From Candidatus Rokuibacteriota bacterium (lineage in GTDB: Bacteria; Methylomirabilota; Methylomirabilia; Rokubacteriales; CSP1-6), in the NCBI GenBank assembly GCA_016184305.1, contig JACPCX010000143.1, forward strand, positions 1 to 20,921: DNA of 20,921 bases, in the 5' to 3' direction. The position numbers and the translations under genes are program-made. Below the pieces are notes generated by a model. It saw only the letters and a list, made by a program, of their open reading frames with translations, was not told the origin of the DNA and did not search any database. Below are positions 18,198-20,921 of this stretch, in pieces; the stretch's first letter is position 1, and every line of letters starts with the position of its first letter.

Positions 18198-18342
18198 CCA
18201 GGCCCTCGACCAAAGCCCCCCCGGGTCTTTCGGCGTCGAGGGAAGCTTGAAGTTGAAGACCTGGCCGCTTCGTTCCTCGAGGAGGACGAAGTCGATGAAC
18301 GTTCCGCCTGTATCGACCCCGACTAGTAGCCCATCGATGCGG
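18198..18342 (-). pseudogene. Hydantoinase/oxoprolinase family N-terminal remnant
   Basis: LLVGVDTGGTFIDFVLLEERSGQVFNFKLPSTPKDP, then a frameshift to ALVEGL. Matches the GxDxGGTFTD...KxPSTPxDP motif. Confidence 0.85.
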
Positions 18343-18355
18343 ATGTGCGATAAGC

Positions 18356-18452
18356 CCCCCGCTCTCACCCCGACCGTCTCTGTCTCGGAGTGAGAGGGAG
18401 TCGTTCCGGTTCCCTCGCCCCCGGCAGGGGTAGAGCGATAGGGACAGGGGGG
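18356..18452. repeat. Inverted pair of degenerate REP-like palindromic units; a related unit lies at ~17965-17990
   Basis: ctctcaccccgaccgtctc...gagtgagagggag followed by the oppositely oriented tccctcgcccc...ggggtagagcgatagggacagggggg; also ccttctcc...ggggagagggg at 17965. Confidence 0.5.
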
Positions 18453-18862
18453 CGCAGGACGCGAAGGGTGCCTCCATGTTCAACCGCTCCAACAGCCCGA
18501 CGGCGCAGACGGGCGAGCCAACGCCGCCCGCGGGGTGGTCGTGCCAGAGCGTCAGAGCAAGCAGCCGCGCGGATCGCGCCCACGGGACCGAGACCGGCTA
18601 CGCCGGGAGGCGTACCTCTCGCGAGGACTCCGTGAGCGTCCACCGCGACGGCGTGATCAATGCCTACCGCAACGGTCGCACCGCCGCCACGAACGAGACC
18701 GCCGGGTACCGCATCCCCACTCCGGAACCTTCTTGTCCACGAACTCCTCATCGAGGTGCGGCCGGGCGCGACGTGTTCGTCCGACGCCCTTCTGGTGTCC
18801 CCCGGCCAGGACACGCACAGCGTCAGCGGCGGCCTCGGTAGGGAAGTCTTCCGCTGATCCCG

Positions 18863-19201
18863 TCACGTCCCGAGATCGGCCATCAGCTTTGCCTTCCGCT
18901 CTTCCAGGCCGGCGACCTGCGTCTTCAGCCGCTTCAGCTCGCGGTTGATGCCTCCCAGCTCGGTCTTGGCCTGCTGGTCCTTCAGGTAGTCGTCGCCGTG
19001 CTTCTTCTTGACCAGCGCTTCCACCTCGCGCCGGAGGAGCCGCAACCACGGGTTGCCGTGCATCGAAGCCTCCCGGTAGTGGAGCTTGCCAGCCCGGATT
19101 GCCTGGACGATCTCGTCCTGCGTCAACCCGAACTCCTTCCGCGCGGTCTTGTCGCTGAGCGTCGCGCCCTTGCGCTGCCACTCGGAATCCAGGTCGTCCA
19201 T
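18863..19201 (-). CDS. Hypothetical protein, 112 aa; putative HTH-like N-terminus plus coiled coil
   Basis: MDDLDSEW..KGATLSDKTARKEFGLTQDEIVQAIRAGKL...GNPWLRLLRREVE...INRELKRLKTQVAGLEERK; good codon bias. Confidence 0.8.
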   Translation of the reverse strand: MDDLDSEWQRKGATLSDKTARKEFGLTQDEIVQAIRAGKLHYREASMHGNPWLRLLRREVEALVKKKHGDDYLKDQQAKTELGGINRELKRLKTQVAGLEERKAKLMADLGT

Positions 19202-19410
19202 CGGTTCGTCTCGTTCGCGCCTCGCTGCGTGGTAACGGTCAGCGCCGGAAGCGTCGCCGTTGTCGTGACCCATGCAGGCCAGACAGTGCCATACGGAGGC
19301 CGACCGACGCAAGGGTCTTTCGCGCTCGAGTAGGTCACGATGGCCGCGCCTTGGCGGCGCGCAGCGCCGGCTCCGCCGCTTCGCGGAACCAGGCGGGTAG
19401 GAGCGGGCGA

Positions 19411-20109
19411 TAGCGCGGCGCTGATCTCGGTCGGGTAGCGCACCACCCACTCCGTGTCTTCCGCATCGAGGAAGAAGTGCAGGCGCGCCAGGGCACTCTC
19501 GAGGAGGTCGCGCTCGCCGAGAAGCGCCAGCTCCTGCGGGGTGAGCGGATAGCTCAGGAGGTCGTCGTCCACGAGCCCGGGCGGGCGCAGGCTCGCGAGG
19601 CGGTCGTCGATGAGCGCCAGCGCCATGTCGAGACGGCTCACGTCGTCCTCGAAGAGGATCCGGTACTCGTCGGCGCTGCCGAGCCGAGGCAGCGGTCCCC
19701 CGAACCACTTCGTCATCTGGTCGGGGGCGAAGGCCACCGTGAAGACGCGCACGAGCTGGACCTCGAGGTTGTGCGCCTCGTCCACCACGAGCACGCGGCG
19801 CCGCCGGAGCTGTTCGCGCTGCCACTGCCGGAGGGTGAGGAAGTAGGCGGTGTTGGTACAGAAGATGGGGCCGTTCTGGGCAGCCAGCTTCGCGCGCGCA
19901 TAGGGACACTGACAGAAGGGCGCCCGCGGGCGCCGGCACAGCCCGTGGGTCGTGGTCACGCGGGCGGGCGGAGCATACCGCTCGCAGAGGTAGTTCTCGC
20001 GGCCCTTCACGAGCTGTAGCGCGTCGCCGAACTCGCGCTCGTACTGGTCCTGGAGGAGCTTCTGCGAGGTGAGGAGGTAGGCGTCGCCGCTCCAGCGCGC
20101 CAGCGTCAA
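19411..20109 (-). pseudogene. DinG/Rad3-like Fe-S helicase internal fragment
   Basis: LTSQKLLQDQY, VKGRENYLC...C...C.CPY, TNTAYFL, LVVDEAHNLE. Walker A and the C-terminal helicase domain are absent. Confidence 0.85.
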
Positions 20110-20110
20110 G

Positions 20111-20274
20111 CTGGTATTGCTGGGCAATGATCTGCACCATCCACAGTCCTCGTCACGAGAGGTCGCCGCGCTGGCGCCAAACGCCACGCTCATCGAACTC
20201 TGGAAAGGCCCGAGCACCAGCCGGCGGCGAAGAAAGCCGCAGAAGAGTTCCTGGCCAAGCACACGCCGCGCTGA
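20111..20274 (+). pseudogene. C-terminal remnant of a probable alpha/beta hydrolase, frameshifted at ~20208
   Basis: LVLLGNDLHHPQSSSREVAALAPNATLIELWK / EHQPAAKKAAEEFLAKHTPR*. Confidence 0.6.
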
Positions 20275-20309
20275 GATTCGCTGGGCAGCGGCGCGAGAGG
20301 AGGATCGGC

Positions 20310-20580
20310 ATGATCACCGACATCGCGTCCTCTCTGCGCTTCTTCGACAGCATGCGACGACGGACGGAGCGTGACGTCGCGGCGCTCCCGCCCCTGGCGG
20401 CGGCGTGGCGTCCGCCTGAACGCGAGGGCGAGGCCGGATGGAGCATCGGTGAGATCGTCGGCCACATCGGCAGCTCGCGCCTGTACTTCGCCAGCACCTA
20501 CCGTGGCGAGGGCTGGATCTGAAGCGCCGCGGAGGTGGAGCGCGACGACCAGCGCACGTGGGTGCCCTGGTTACAACGGC
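20310..20580 (+). pseudogene. DinB/YfiT family protein, N-terminal half with premature stop at 20520-20522
   Basis: GAGGAGG RBS; RRRT..DVAALP....WRP......WSIGEIVGHI. Plausible coding continues past the TGA (..ERDDQRTWVPWLQR) and then ends. Confidence 0.75.
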
Positions 20581-20816
20581 ACGCCGCCCCAGGACGCGAC
20601 GAGCTGCTCGTAGAGCTGCGTCTGATCCTTCAGATAGGGGCGATCCGGCCCGAAGAAGGTTCGCAGCGACTTGGCCGCCAGCTCGCGGGCAGCCGAGTTG
20701 TCCCAGCCGCAGAAGGCCATGGTGGAGGAGAGCTACTGGTCGTTGATGAACGTGCCGACGGGCTTGGCCTCGCGCACCCGCTCCTTGTACGCCTTGATGT
20801 GCGGGGCGAGATACAT
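20580..20816 (-). pseudogene. LLM-class flavin-dependent oxidoreductase internal fragment
   Basis: YLAPHIKAYKERVREAKPVGTFINDQ*, then shifted frame STMAFCGWDNSAARELAAKSLRTFFGPDRPYLKDQTQLYEQLVASW. Confidence 0.55.
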
Positions 20817-20921
20817 CGACGTCGAGCTATTCCTCGAGGGCGCGCTCGACGCCACGCAGCTGGCCAAGCTGCGCGAGGCGGCCGAGACCTGTCGCATCAG
20901 CCGCGCCCTCAGTGTCCCCGT
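20815..20921 (+). pseudogene. OsmC-like protein C-terminal fragment, running off the window
   Basis: IDVELFLEGALDATQLAKLREAAETCRISRALSVP matches the OsmC/YhfA pattern l.G.Ld..q...L...A..C.I...L. Confidence 0.7.

Noticed and set aside
18476..18860. Possible gene or remnant (e.g. HLDEEFVDKKVPEWG on the minus strand)
   Set aside because: No frame gives a recognisable family or a consistent start; left unassigned.
18863..20262. 425-aa and 379-aa ORFs as real full-length genes
   Set aside because: Read-throughs across fragment junctions; only 18863-19201 and the 19411-20109 helicase piece look coding.
1..20921. CRISPR array, integron cassette array, tRNA/rRNA or integrase
   Set aside because: No regularly spaced repeats, attC-like sites, cloverleafs or recombinase motifs were seen by eye.

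Overview
GC-rich bacterial genomic DNA, by impression resembling Ca. Rokubacteria or similar soil lineages (not verified). Ordinary metabolic genes are present: a MetE-like methionine synthase 3' end, ggt, a GNAT acetyltransferase, pduO, a CoA-binding protein, two acyl-CoA ligases and two cupins. The main accessory feature is a ~5.6 kb integrase-free island (about 3270-8890) bracketed by two ~96%-identical direct copies of the GNAT gene. It carries a decaying BREX-related restriction-like operon on the minus strand: DUF499-type ATPase, stand-alone PglZ-like phosphoesterase, PIN nuclease, 65-aa protein, DUF1156-type methyltransferase stub and SNF2 helicase. The large genes appear broken by internal deletions, while the embedded PIN/small-protein pair keeps open frames. 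A BrnT/BrnA toxin-antitoxin pair with a clear promoter and operator sits just beyond the left GNAT copy. The window also holds a coupled Cys-rich secreted protein and coiled-coil membrane protein, an IS91-like transposase relic and REP-like repeats. At the right end, fragments of unrelated genes (DinG helicase, alpha/beta hydrolase, DinB, LLM oxidoreductase, OsmC) are joined with little or no spacer. Family calls come from motif recognition only; no database searches were run.
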